NCBI GenBank assembly: GCA_003514005.1
Contig: DOSJ01000004.1
Span: 37,533-101,532, forward strand
Length of the DNA: 64,000 nt
Reading direction: 5' to 3'
Source: Candidatus Falkowbacteria bacterium
GTDB lineage: Bacteria > Patescibacteriota > Patescibacteriia > Patescibacteriales > UBA12075
The translations under genes were made by a program, and so were the position numbers. Position 1 is the first letter of the stretch. Every line of letters begins with the position of its first letter. The notes below the pieces were generated by a model. It did no database searches, had not been told where the DNA came from, and saw only the letters and a list, made by a program, of their open reading frames with translations. This document shows positions 19,901-27,373 of the stretch, in pieces.

Positions 19901-22900
19901 ATACGTTTAGGACTGCGACGACCGTGCCATTCAATGCTTGCGCGCCGGATGATTCCTGGTCGGATTGCGCAAGTAAAATTTGGAAAGTAACATCCGTGGC
20001 CGGCGACTACTCAGTAGCTCCTTTCAGCGGAACAACTAGTCCGGCGAACTTGCCAAATTCCAACAGCGGATTTAAATGGCAGGTTATTGCCTGTGATAAT
20101 GACAACGTCTGTTCGGAATGGACGCGTTATAATGACGCGATTCCGAATTTCAAGATTGATTTTATTGCGCCGACCGCTCCCGGCGATTTAAGCGTTGCCG
20201 CTTATACGAGCAATAGTATCACCTTGAATTTTGGCGCAACCACGACAGAAGAGAATTTTAAAGAGTATATAATTTATTACAAAGAGGGCACAAGCGGCGT
20301 AAATGAAACAAACACAAAGCACGGTTCCAGTACAGATGGCAATTTGGCGCATATTTTATTTAATAGCGCGGCTACAACGACTATTAGCGGTTTGAATGCT
20401 GGCACCGCTTATTTTTTTAATATCTGGGCGTATGACCAGGCCGGAAATAAAAATTATGCGGTTTATGAAATTAGCACGACTACGAATAACAAACCGCAAA
20501 GCAATATTGTATCAGCTATGCAAAAAACCAATGGTACAGGAGGCGTTGATATTGTAATTTCAGCCAATGACGCGGACGTGGAAAATCTGTTTGCTATGTT
20601 GGAATTCGCGACCGGAACAGATTGTTTATTTACATCTGCCGGAGACCCGACGCTTGATGAAATTGATGCTAACGCGACCTCGAGCCAAGCCGATGCCAAG
20701 ATCGAAAATGATAACGCTTATCAGATTGGTAATGCGTCCGGATGGATCGTAACGACGGGCGGAGCAAATGCGGTTTCTTTTGATTGGCTTTCTAATACGG
20801 ATTTACCCAATCAATCGGGAACATATTGTTTGCGAATAAGAACAAATGACGGCCATGAAGACAGTGTGTTTGCCACAACCACGCTCATGATCGACAATCT
20901 CAGTCCGACCGCGCCTGGAAATTTAAGCCTGATTGAAAGCCATGGAAATTATTTTGTTCTTGGTTTTGGCGCGACCAGCACGGAAACGAATTGGTTGCGC
21001 TATCGGATTTTTTATAAGCAAGGCGTATCCACGGTCAATGAAAACGATCTGGAATTAATTGATTCTGATTTGGCTGATAAAAATTATAACAATACGGCTA
21101 CGACTTCTGTTTCCGGTTTGCTTGCGAATACGCAATACAGCTTCCGCGTTTTTGCCTATGATATTTATGGCAATAAAGCGCAATCCGGACAAGAAACGTT
21201 TACTACCAATTCTTATCCGTCTTCCTCGTTCAATTCCGCGGCTCAGAAAATCGACGGTAGCGGAAGAGTGGACATTTCTTTGGAAATATACGATACGGAT
21301 GGGGACAATTGTTATGCCAAGCTGGAATTCGCGACCGGAACGGCGTGTGATTTTTCTAGTCCGGGCGACCCGGAGCTAGATGAAGGTTCAGAAAATATTT
21401 CTGTTGATTACGAACCTTTGGGGATCGCAAATACAAATGAATATCAAATCGGCACAGCGGGTGCGCCGATTATCACAGACCAAGGTTCCAATACCATTGA
21501 TCTGGATTGGCTGTCAAAAAGCAATTTGCCGACAGCGGACGGCGATTATTGTCTGCGCCTGACCGTTACGGACGGGTCGGATACGCATAGCGCGACAACG
21601 ACGCTTACGATTGACAACGCCGTTCCGCAAAGACCGGCTGATTTAACGATCGGTTATGCCGATGTCAGGACAATTCGGCTTGATTTTGGTTCGGCTGGCA
21701 GTGATACGCATTTTAAAGAGTATAAGATTTTTTATAAAGAGGGCGTAAGCGGCGTAGCGGAAACCGATAGCGCATGGGACAAGAATGACGACGCTGCCCT
21801 TGGCATAGAGGATTTTGGCGCAGCCGCGTCAACGACAATCGGCGGTCTTTTGCCTGATACGGACTATGTTTTTAATATTTGGATTTATGATGATTTTGGC
21901 AATAAGTCTTTTGCAAGCGGCGAGATATCCAGCTCAACCTTGGAAGCGGTCAGCGCAACCTGGCGCGAGACCGAGGATACGCCTGATCCGACTACTGGAG
22001 TATATGCTTCAAAAGAGCAGACTGTCCGATTGCGCGTGGCAGTAGCCAATTCCGGGACCTGGAGTACCGAAGATTATCGGTATGACTTGCAATATGGCAT
22101 TAAAGATGGAACTTGTGAAAATGTTTCCGCTTGGACTTTGGTGCCGGCAACTGCCGCGGGTGAACATTTTGAAATGAAATCAAGTGTATATTTTATTGAA
22201 AATGCGTCAACAACGCCGCGTTTAACTGGCGACGGCTATGCATTCCGACCAGGATATATGGTACAAGCACCGTTTAGTCAGACCGGAACGATTACGCTTT
22301 ATGGAAATGAGTATTCGGAATTGGAATATACGATAGCCGCGACAACTGATGCCAGTCGTAGCGCAACATATTGTTTTCGCGCGGTTAATCAGGGCGCGGG
22401 TGTCGATGATTATGGGGTTTATCCGGAATTTTCTTTGACGCCACCTCCCTTAAGCGATTTTGTTTCAGCGGTACAGAGAGACGACGGCAGCGGACGCGTC
22501 GATGTTCGTTTTACAGCCGATGATTATAGTAATCAGAATTTGCGTCTAAGAATGGATTATGCGACCGGAACCTTGTGCGACTTCAGCCAGCCGGGAGACC
22601 TAACATTTGATATTTTGAATGAGAATACAAGCGCAACCTATGGCGACCCCTTGATTGATAATGACGCACCTTATCAGATCGGAACCGGTCTTGCGTATGT
22701 TTTGACGCAATATGGCGAAAATACCGTTGATTCTGATTGGCTTTCCGGTGGCGATCTTGGCGGGATTGAAGGAGAATATTGCCTGCGTTTAACTGCTAAT
22801 GATCTTTTTGACGACCAAACCATACCGGCGACTACGACGGTAATGATAGATAACAAAGCGCCGACAGCACCGGGAAATCTGAGCCTGATGTCAAAGACAA

Positions 22901-25900
22901 TCAATAGCGTTACTATTGAATTGGGCGCGACTTCTTCAGATTTGAATTTTTTTGAATATCGGATTTATTACAAGGAAGGCGTGAGTGGAGTTACCGAATC
23001 TGATTCTATGCATGCATCTAACACTGATCCAAATTTGGGTAATGTGTTGTATAACGGCGCGGCCAGTACGACGATAAATAATTTGATTGCCAATCGGCAA
23101 TATGTTTTTCGGATTTATGCTTATGATAAATACGGCAACAAGTCCGCGTCCGTGGGAGAATTTACAACCAAACTCGTACCCTCTATTTCCGGTATTGTTT
23201 ATGCCGCTGATGGTATTACGCCAATTTTGACAGCACCGAATGTTACTATGGTAGTCAACGGTGCGGTAATGGAGACCGTGTCCGCATCGGCGGCAAACGG
23301 CAGATTTATCTTTTGGGAAATCGATCCGCCAGCAACCGGCACGCCGATGCTGGTTTATGTCAATGGCAACAGCATGAAAGGCGCGACTTATTCGCTGTAT
23401 GGCGGCGCGGGAGAAGTGACGGATATGCATATTTATTCGGAACGAGTCGTTTTACGCCATTATGGATCTGAGGTAATTGGTAATGAACATATTGAAACCT
23501 ACGACAATGATCAAGATGCGGACATCATGATTCAAATCGATGGCGGAAATCTTAGCATACTTGGTAACAGTGAACTATATATTTGGCCGGGGTCAACTTT
23601 TAAAAACAACGCAAGCGTCTTGACTTTGTTTGATGTTCGAATTGAAGGCACGCTAGACGCTTCATCAACCGAAATTATTACAGTTTCCGGTAATTGGAAT
23701 GCGGAGAATGGCATATTTAATGCGGCGTCTTCTAGCGTCAAATTTGTAGCAAACGATCAGGACAATGTAATTGTTACAAACAAACAAAAATTTTATAATT
23801 TGGAATTTGACGGTCTTGGCGGAAAATGGACACTGATTGACGGCGCGACTACGACCGCGACGACGACCATAAGTCAAGGAACGCTAGTCCAAGGTGGAGA
23901 TGTTGATTTTGAAACCGGTAGTTTGATAATCGAACTGGGCGCGAATTTTACAAAAGCCAGTGGTACTGGGGTGTTTGTGTTTGAGGATCTTGGTCAAGGA
24001 GTATTTGAAGACAAAAACGACGTTAAAAATAATCTTGGTAATGTAATAATCGGGCATTCGCCTGCCTCAACTTTTCTTGCTTCCGATATGGTTGCTGATA
24101 GCTTAACCGTTAACAGCGGCGACAGTTTATTTGCGCGCGGTTATGAATTAGATATTACGAGATTTATTACAGTTAATGGTACGCTTGATTGTATTGATGA
24201 TAGTGAGGGAGATGGAACTATTATTACGCTTGGCACAAATTGGACGGTATTGCCGACCGCGACGTTTATTGCTGGAAACTCCACGACGACTTTTGACAAC
24301 GCGACCGGCGGAATTATTAGTACAGGTGGAATTGACGCAAATCACGATTTTTATAATCTTAGTTTTGCGAAAACTGCGGCTACGACAACGGTGCTTGGCG
24401 GGTATCCGCTAAAAGTTTCCGGTGATTTGACTATTGGCGCAAACTCAACGCTGGATGTTTCATCTTCAAATTACGATATTTATGCCGGCGGCAATTGGAT
24501 TAATAACGGCGTGTATAACGCGCGAAACGCGACAACGACATTTGATTCCGTCTCGACCGGAAAAATAATAAATCCCGGACAATCCGCGTTTAACCGCATA
24601 ATATTTAATAGCGCAAGCGGCGGCTGGAATATTATCGGAAATGCAACTTCAAGCTCGGATTGGATTATGACTAGCGCATCCGCTTTTAGTGTTAGCGCGG
24701 ATAAGACCATCGAAGTACGGGGTCAATACATTTTGGCAGACACGATACCGGATATTAGTACATGGAATTCCGGTTCAACCCTGTATTTGAATAATGGCGG
24801 CGCTTATACGGTCGCGACAAAAAATCAAAGCGCGGAGACCTACGCAAATTTAAAAATCGGCGCTGATACGGATATTCGGATGTGGAATTCCGGGTCTGAT
24901 ACAGCTAGTGTTGATTCAAGCGGATCGCTTTATTCAATGGATTATGCCGGTACGAATGGCGCATTGCGCATTTGGGGAGACTACCACTCATTGGAAAGCG
25001 CTGATTATTGGAGTTATGCAAAGGATTTTGACGGCGCAGACATATCTGGTACGCCACGCGCTTGCCAAATTCAGATTTTTGGCGGATCAAATCTTGATTA
25101 TTCGAGTTCTGTCTTGGAAATTGTCGGAACGAGTGGCGCGACAACGACAATTGCCAATCAAAGTTCCGGCGCCTATTCTTTGTCAATTGCCGATACTTTT
25201 TTAACTATGGATTATTTTCAAATAAGAAACATAGATAGCAACGGCTTAAATATTTCCGGTACAACTACGCTTGGTAGTATTAACAACGGTGATTTTGAGC
25301 TTGATGTGGAAGGTGGCGCATTAATAAGCGTAACAGCAGAAACAATCAACGCAAGTTCATGGTCAACCAGCACCAATATTCGTTTTGCAACCAGCACGGG
25401 AATAGCAAATGGCAATAATGTAAAGTTAAGCGGAATACCGACAGCACCTTGGACATTCGTTTCGCACTATGGAAATCTTGCCGGCGAGGCTTTTGACAGC
25501 GACTCGGGCGATCCGCGCGGCTATATTCTTTGGGATGACAGCCCATCGTATTCACCAAAATCACAAAATTGGCGCTGGTATCATGATGAAGACAAGGAAA
25601 CGCCGCTTATTCCGATTGCCTTGGAAAACTATTCTCCGCAAATTGTTGGCAATGGCAACCTTATAAAACTTCGAATGACAATCAAAGAAACAGAAGGCAT
25701 TTCCGGTGCCAATGTAAAAATGCGCTTGCAATACTCCACAGATTCAAATTTCGATTCGGATGTCAGCTGGGTAGGAGAAAAAGGCTCAACAACCGCGCTT
25801 TGGACATGTGGCGAGGGCATTGATAACGACAATGATTTAATAAGTACTTTGGCATTGACAGACTCGTTAATTAAAGCAACCCATAATGAGTCCGGAATTT

Positions 25901-26607
25901 CAACCACCTCATTTGCACACTCCGCATTGGATGCAAACGAGTGGGAGTTTACGCTTTACGCGAATAGCCCGGCGACATCAACGACTTATTATTTTCGGGC
26001 ATTCAGCAGTTATTACAGCGTTTACAGTGATTATGAAAAAGCGGTTTTGAAAAACGGCGCGAGCGCTTATCCGAGTGTAGTCGTTTCCAGCGCGGTTTTG
26101 AATTTTACAATCGAAGGATTACCAGGTGGTACGGATACCGAGGGTATAATTACGGATTTTCCAACCACGGTTGACAGTGTTTCTTTTGGCTCCCTGCCGT
26201 TAAATACAAGAGTTGAAGGCGCGCACCGTTTTAAAATTACAACAAACGCGGAAAGCGGATATCAATTGTTTGTGTATCAAAGACAAGACCTGGTTTCGAA
26301 TACCGGAGCATATATCAGCGCCATTTCGTACACGAACAATAATCCCGGTCCTTGGCCGGAAAATCCGGATCCGGGCGCTTTTGGTTATCACAGCGGCGAT
26401 GATACTCTTTCCGGAAACTCGCCATCGCGGTTTTTACCGGATAATATGTTTGCTAAGTTTAATGGCAGTTTGGAAGAAATCTCGTATAGCCCCATACCGG
26501 TCAGTGATGACAGCGTTGATTTTGTGTATCGTTTAGAGGTAAATGACTTGCAGTCGGCAGGGGATTATCGGACAAGCATTGTATATATATTGGTACCGCA
26601 GTTTTGA
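10915..26607 (+). CDS. Giant secreted multidomain adhesin-like protein (5230 aa) with WxL-like C-terminal domain
   Basis: 15.7-kb uninterrupted ORF with a signal-peptide-like N-terminus. It carries the module shared with giant ORF 1 and ten tandem ~105-aa Ig-like repeats. It has a DUF2341-like segment ('WLYRKQIVIDS..VYMYYGN') plus a LamG/ConA-like lectin domain ('LGVWHMDE..WDGLIDEVRISN'). It also has five 'DGSG' domains, seven FN3-like domains and a long Gly/Asn/Thr-rich beta-helix-like region. Two 'WR..ED' beta-sandwich domains are present. The C-terminal ~175 aa are homologous to the 366- and 339-aa ORFs. Confidence 0.9.
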   Translation: MFRTLKNNCKKLLFGVIIFLFITFIFSAIPSSASDKKIIYGKQDMSLELVSEIGDMKSNNSELELKLKKKRKLPGAVGAFFKGFFVDEFKKAEISAEMVEGESEESDFFVETFYQEDGEFSVQLKPKGRQVKPGLHKVVITLKDEKLTGNETISFVQDFSWGVLAFNSNKSIYQPDENAYLQMGVLDELGHTVCGADLEMIITAPDKGKAVLSTKNGLIIRNPECGPDNVILTPDYYANYGLGEIGEYTVKLIATTEKGSWEISDVISVQAESPFVVERIGPTRINPTAEYGMMVKIRANEDFSGNLIEKMPEDFKISNFQFLISNQLQITNYKLQIDDAGKNLILENIILKKGDEATLIYKFDAPDIFPEFYLLGPLEAISAQGGPAIGWENRSWQIASDGENQVIVAQKIAIDAGTADTVNWTEAVKATSTLFSGGQKYFVYVTAGFSGSVAGVISNFEILYGSTIQYSGSIEASGDQANDAMQISWFDVMDQAATPEDIILRYRTVSGTSYIMNAQIVAMNISNLETTDWKYAVNSTSRALTTTVTADANITMNNADGVKDWLVFAMAEIDISSALRQYVSQIYNGASASMSFQREGENTNEFLPHAIYRPFDNVAQNTVFSIRNYSITSNVNTHLRSRVFALNLNRFESFKTYYADLPSTAINGTWTVIGNLNSGGNYAPQTSGDQLIFSSFINDITANTNESDDRLQVNGVTVPTSWSWGQSPAGYRTGYDAADEPVHNIVARVSIPTTGQTISLDAIEVPNSTQVGDEVSLAAFSTRLKNINRPFGVVNSKSFRADGSGVVDFAFDVSDRDLDDARVKVEYEQGSTCAFSSSAKTTISTVDADTTATYGDPKVDNTNAYQVGTTTGWITTTFGTSTVNFDWTSQANIPYASSTYCVRLTANDGTNDQLVSATTTVYIDNFDPIISGVAIPDRMYKIGDTMTATITLATAESDALTIGTSSEINGGPIFNLQKINNTTFTADYLIASGQTDRASNTIPFEISLVDPYLNQSASSSGSFSGGSIDANAPEITAVEIVNLMYGIGDIMTATITTALDASLYLLETSSLNAATSATANLTKINNTTYTLEYTVAEGNVDRATGTIPYHIVLRDSYGNINAPYAGVFANGSLDAHAPIIQAVYLNNGAYGINSSLPIIIDTAETGLALGESTVNGKTLSGFSDLADTTYQAYYIVAEGDMDRTAGNVPISIIMRDNYGNENAAYVTPAANTASVDAHKPEILSIVIPNLVYKIGDTIRATATVAADVAAYTLGTTTVNNVAASNLQKYDNSTYTFDYTVLSGHTDRSAGTIPFSLMLKDQLEQYNDPAFTAITANTASIDANAPAVSALSFAPSSGVLKIGDTATATITAASAETGLSAGATININSKDARASFTELGGGEYRIVYIVAEGDVDRPDNDDLPVNIILRDSAGNESVAFQSSDPTNRPGVDANRPVISNVTFNITSGVLKIGDTATATIYTDGTGYLADTITVNGIDVSGTLVSAGGNDYTITYTVAEGHDDILDANDLPINIVLSDPAGNDSIPYTTEDASNRPGVDGHKPVISNVSFNITSGVLKIGDIATTTIFADASGYSAGAITINGVDVSGTLASAGGNDYTVSYIVIEGNNDILDANNLPISIVLRDVAGNNSVTYVTIDSANRPGVDAHRPVINSAVFVPSSGILKIGASATATLSVADAEENLSIISATINYINVASSFFEIGSGDYRLVYTVSEGDNPINDIADLPVYFVVSDAAGNYSLAFNSSDPSNRPGVDASQPIISNVIFNITSGMLKIGDTATATIYSDETGYSAGTITVNNVDVSGTLASAGGNNYTVAYTVAEGHDDILDENDLPINIVLRDSAGNDSNPYTTEDAGNRPGVDGHAPVISNVSFNITSGLLKIGDIATATISADASGYLAGAITINGVDVSASLASAGGNNYTVNYIVSEGHNDILDSSDLPISVVLVDTNGNNSSTYTTADAGNRPGVDGHAPTVPGNLGFYSRGNNSITLNFGATTTESNFSEYVIYYKAGTSGVSENDSRWDSGDDGHLGHILFSGYGSTTITGLLSQTAYVFNIWAYDQAGNKTQATEELSAATNYLPLLSDNLEQRLNDNFTVVSNNAWAIDQSMVLSASSTDPEGGYFDYYYEVISATGTLTTATSVPASSCNSGTGFLQCSEKIWKQSTGPDWYNEEWLYRKQIVIDSDLIEDDMQDFPILTNTVDDDLRRNARSDGHDILFTAADGVTKLSYERKVYDSSDGELIAWVKTDVSSSTDTIVYMYYGNADVASDQSSASGVWDSSYLGVWHMDEEPTGSADDIKDSSGNSRHMTSFNMGASKRVKTDTGYAYEFDGAGDYLEDADGENYINGLSEFTVELWLKSDLIATDRGFIIGSAPAGNDSFFTLRYDDAGVNGGGNDVIKGAITTTVTGEIQMESSSFSQTTDWQHLVFRWESGRQYELLVDGDLDTPTSNDPAGTGLTSGASTLRIGQGGKDITTALGWDGLIDEVRISNVYRSDAWVKTAYNNQSNLASFALFGAQDAVRIFNLPESDDGYIWQVMACDQLGACSEWVKYNEESPNFKVDNTPPTAPGSLSENSKTSTSVTFNLSGTSTESFFSDYRIYYKEYGGDVVSTNDSYFGTSSDANLSNILFNGASTTTVPFLTADTEYQFNIWAFDESGQSASATPIVVTTEIGTNRPTGLFDSVEQKRDGSGRIDIGIIVNDLDNNPSRARIDYVSGVACNFSSPLDPYLDEDGANISATNLPAPLIDNASAYQVGTGSEWILTAPAANNVGFDWLSALNLSGVEGNYCLRLTVNDGVYSQLVPATSTVYIDNARPSSPGALSLAEKNTETLVLTFGATSTETNFAEYKIFYKIADGTAPDESDSVLSSSTDINLSDKFFNTAATTTISDLMAGTIYSIVIWAYDDYGNAASSSYVNFTTNHIPSAPTNLRQYKADGVTEIVNNGWTIEDIATIQAEVNDGDAGENISLYFELLANSDTFRTATTVPFNACAPDDSWSDCASKIWKVTSVAGDYSVAPFSGTTSPANLPNSNSGFKWQVIACDNDNVCSEWTRYNDAIPNFKIDFIAPTAPGDLSVAAYTSNSITLNFGATTTEENFKEYIIYYKEGTSGVNETNTKHGSSTDGNLAHILFNSAATTTISGLNAGTAYFFNIWAYDQAGNKNYAVYEISTTTNNKPQSNIVSAMQKTNGTGGVDIVISANDADVENLFAMLEFATGTDCLFTSAGDPTLDEIDANATSSQADAKIENDNAYQIGNASGWIVTTGGANAVSFDWLSNTDLPNQSGTYCLRIRTNDGHEDSVFATTTLMIDNLSPTAPGNLSLIESHGNYFVLGFGATSTETNWLRYRIFYKQGVSTVNENDLELIDSDLADKNYNNTATTSVSGLLANTQYSFRVFAYDIYGNKAQSGQETFTTNSYPSSSFNSAAQKIDGSGRVDISLEIYDTDGDNCYAKLEFATGTACDFSSPGDPELDEGSENISVDYEPLGIANTNEYQIGTAGAPIITDQGSNTIDLDWLSKSNLPTADGDYCLRLTVTDGSDTHSATTTLTIDNAVPQRPADLTIGYADVRTIRLDFGSAGSDTHFKEYKIFYKEGVSGVAETDSAWDKNDDAALGIEDFGAAASTTIGGLLPDTDYVFNIWIYDDFGNKSFASGEISSSTLEAVSATWRETEDTPDPTTGVYASKEQTVRLRVAVANSGTWSTEDYRYDLQYGIKDGTCENVSAWTLVPATAAGEHFEMKSSVYFIENASTTPRLTGDGYAFRPGYMVQAPFSQTGTITLYGNEYSELEYTIAATTDASRSATYCFRAVNQGAGVDDYGVYPEFSLTPPPLSDFVSAVQRDDGSGRVDVRFTADDYSNQNLRLRMDYATGTLCDFSQPGDLTFDILNENTSATYGDPLIDNDAPYQIGTGLAYVLTQYGENTVDSDWLSGGDLGGIEGEYCLRLTANDLFDDQTIPATTTVMIDNKAPTAPGNLSLMSKTINSVTIELGATSSDLNFFEYRIYYKEGVSGVTESDSMHASNTDPNLGNVLYNGAASTTINNLIANRQYVFRIYAYDKYGNKSASVGEFTTKLVPSISGIVYAADGITPILTAPNVTMVVNGAVMETVSASAANGRFIFWEIDPPATGTPMLVYVNGNSMKGATYSLYGGAGEVTDMHIYSERVVLRHYGSEVIGNEHIETYDNDQDADIMIQIDGGNLSILGNSELYIWPGSTFKNNASVLTLFDVRIEGTLDASSTEIITVSGNWNAENGIFNAASSSVKFVANDQDNVIVTNKQKFYNLEFDGLGGKWTLIDGATTTATTTISQGTLVQGGDVDFETGSLIIELGANFTKASGTGVFVFEDLGQGVFEDKNDVKNNLGNVIIGHSPASTFLASDMVADSLTVNSGDSLFARGYELDITRFITVNGTLDCIDDSEGDGTIITLGTNWTVLPTATFIAGNSTTTFDNATGGIISTGGIDANHDFYNLSFAKTAATTTVLGGYPLKVSGDLTIGANSTLDVSSSNYDIYAGGNWINNGVYNARNATTTFDSVSTGKIINPGQSAFNRIIFNSASGGWNIIGNATSSSDWIMTSASAFSVSADKTIEVRGQYILADTIPDISTWNSGSTLYLNNGGAYTVATKNQSAETYANLKIGADTDIRMWNSGSDTASVDSSGSLYSMDYAGTNGALRIWGDYHSLESADYWSYAKDFDGADISGTPRACQIQIFGGSNLDYSSSVLEIVGTSGATTTIANQSSGAYSLSIADTFLTMDYFQIRNIDSNGLNISGTTTLGSINNGDFELDVEGGALISVTAETINASSWSTSTNIRFATSTGIANGNNVKLSGIPTAPWTFVSHYGNLAGEAFDSDSGDPRGYILWDDSPSYSPKSQNWRWYHDEDKETPLIPIALENYSPQIVGNGNLIKLRMTIKETEGISGANVKMRLQYSTDSNFDSDVSWVGEKGSTTALWTCGEGIDNDNDLISTLALTDSLIKATHNESGISTTSFAHSALDANEWEFTLYANSPATSTTYYFRAFSSYYSVYSDYEKAVLKNGASAYPSVVVSSAVLNFTIEGLPGGTDTEGIITDFPTTVDSVSFGSLPLNTRVEGAHRFKITTNAESGYQLFVYQRQDLVSNTGAYISAISYTNNNPGPWPENPDPGAFGYHSGDDTLSGNSPSRFLPDNMFAKFNGSLEEISYSPIPVSDDSVDFVYRLEVNDLQSAGDYRTSIVYILVPQF
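13681..16872 (+). repeat. Ten tandem ~315-325-bp coding repeats (Ig-like, Big_5/SbsA-type guess)
   Basis: Each unit starts D(A/G)(N/H)xP and contains 'KIGDTxTATI' and 'Y(T/I)VAEG..D'. Units 5-7 and 8-10 form a duplicated three-unit super-repeat. Confidence 0.85.
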
Positions 26608-26636
26608 TAATCGCTGATTCACGCGGATATAATAGT

Positions 26637-26645
26637 TTATCCACA
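26637..26645 (+). promoter_or_regulatory. Perfect TTATCCACA 9-mer (DnaA-box consensus), function unknown
   Basis: Exact match 30 nt after the stop of giant ORF 2 and ~160 bp upstream of the -10 at 26801. Confidence 0.4.
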
Positions 26646-26656
26646 GTGCTGGTAAA

Positions 26657-26684
26657 ATATTCAATATTCAATATTCAATATTCA
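26657..26684. repeat. Tandem heptamers (ATATTCA)x4
   Basis: Four perfect copies. The same heptamer array recurs at 32037-32090. Confidence 0.9.
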
Positions 26685-26777
26685 TTAAATATTTAATATA
26701 AAATAAATAAATTTTTTTTAAAAAATAAAATTAAAAGCTAATATTTAATTTAATCATGTTATTAACAATAATATAGA

Positions 26778-26806
26778 TTGACCTTATTGCTAAAATAGTG
26801 TATAAT
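26778..26806 (+). promoter_or_regulatory. Near-consensus sigma70-type promoter
   Basis: TTGACC, 17 nt, then TATAAT, with TG at -15/-14. Confidence 0.7.
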
Positions 26807-26977
26807 AAAATTAAGTATAGTAGTATAGTACTATATTAAAAAAAGAAAAAAATCAAAAAAAATAAAAATTGCCCAAAATAGGCGAAAAACAAAAATGAAA
26901 ACCCAAAATCAAATACAATTTAAGATATATATTCAGAAACTTTTTTGTGGAAAAGTTTTTTTTGTTGTTTAAAAATA

Positions 26978-27075
26978 ATTACGAATGCACAAATTTATTC
27001 ACAAATTTACAAATGTTTATTTAAGAATTTTATTAAATATTCGTGTATTTGTGAATAAATTCGTGTATTTGTAAT
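26978..27075. repeat. Imperfect 38-nt inverted repeat built from ACAAAT-type repeats
   Basis: ATTACGAATGCACAAATTTATTCACAAATTTACAAATG pairs with TATTCGTGTATTTGTGAATAAATTCGTGTATTTGTAAT at ~31/38, with a 22-nt spacer. Confidence 0.8.
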
Positions 27076-27140
27076 CTTAATAAAAAAGGTCGAAAACAAA
27101 AATGCCGGAAGGCAAAAATAAAAATTAAAAAATAAACTTT

Positions 27141-27356
27141 ATGCAAGATAAAAAATATCGCCTAAAGGATATTCAGGAAAAAATCGATCGAGACAAGACT
27201 ACCTTGATACGCTGGGAAAAAGAAGGTTTAATACCCGAAGCCAAGCGGGACTCGCGCGGATGGCGGTATTATAACCAAAACGAAGTCAGTAGTATCATAA
27301 ATTTAGTCTTAAGCTCGGATTATTTCCGAAATATTCATAGCCGATCAACTATTTAA
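27141..27356 (+). CDS. Small MerR-type HTH DNA-binding protein
   Basis: '[39 protein letters not shown]' fits the MerR-family N-terminal HTH pattern (TLRxWExxGLI..R...G.R.Y). First gene after the 26778 promoter. Confidence 0.6.
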   Translation: MQDKKYRLKDIQEKIDRDKTTLIRWEKEGLIPEAKRDSRGWRYYNQNEVSSIINLVLSSDYFRNIHSRSTI

Positions 27357-27373
27357 TATAAAAATAAAACAAT

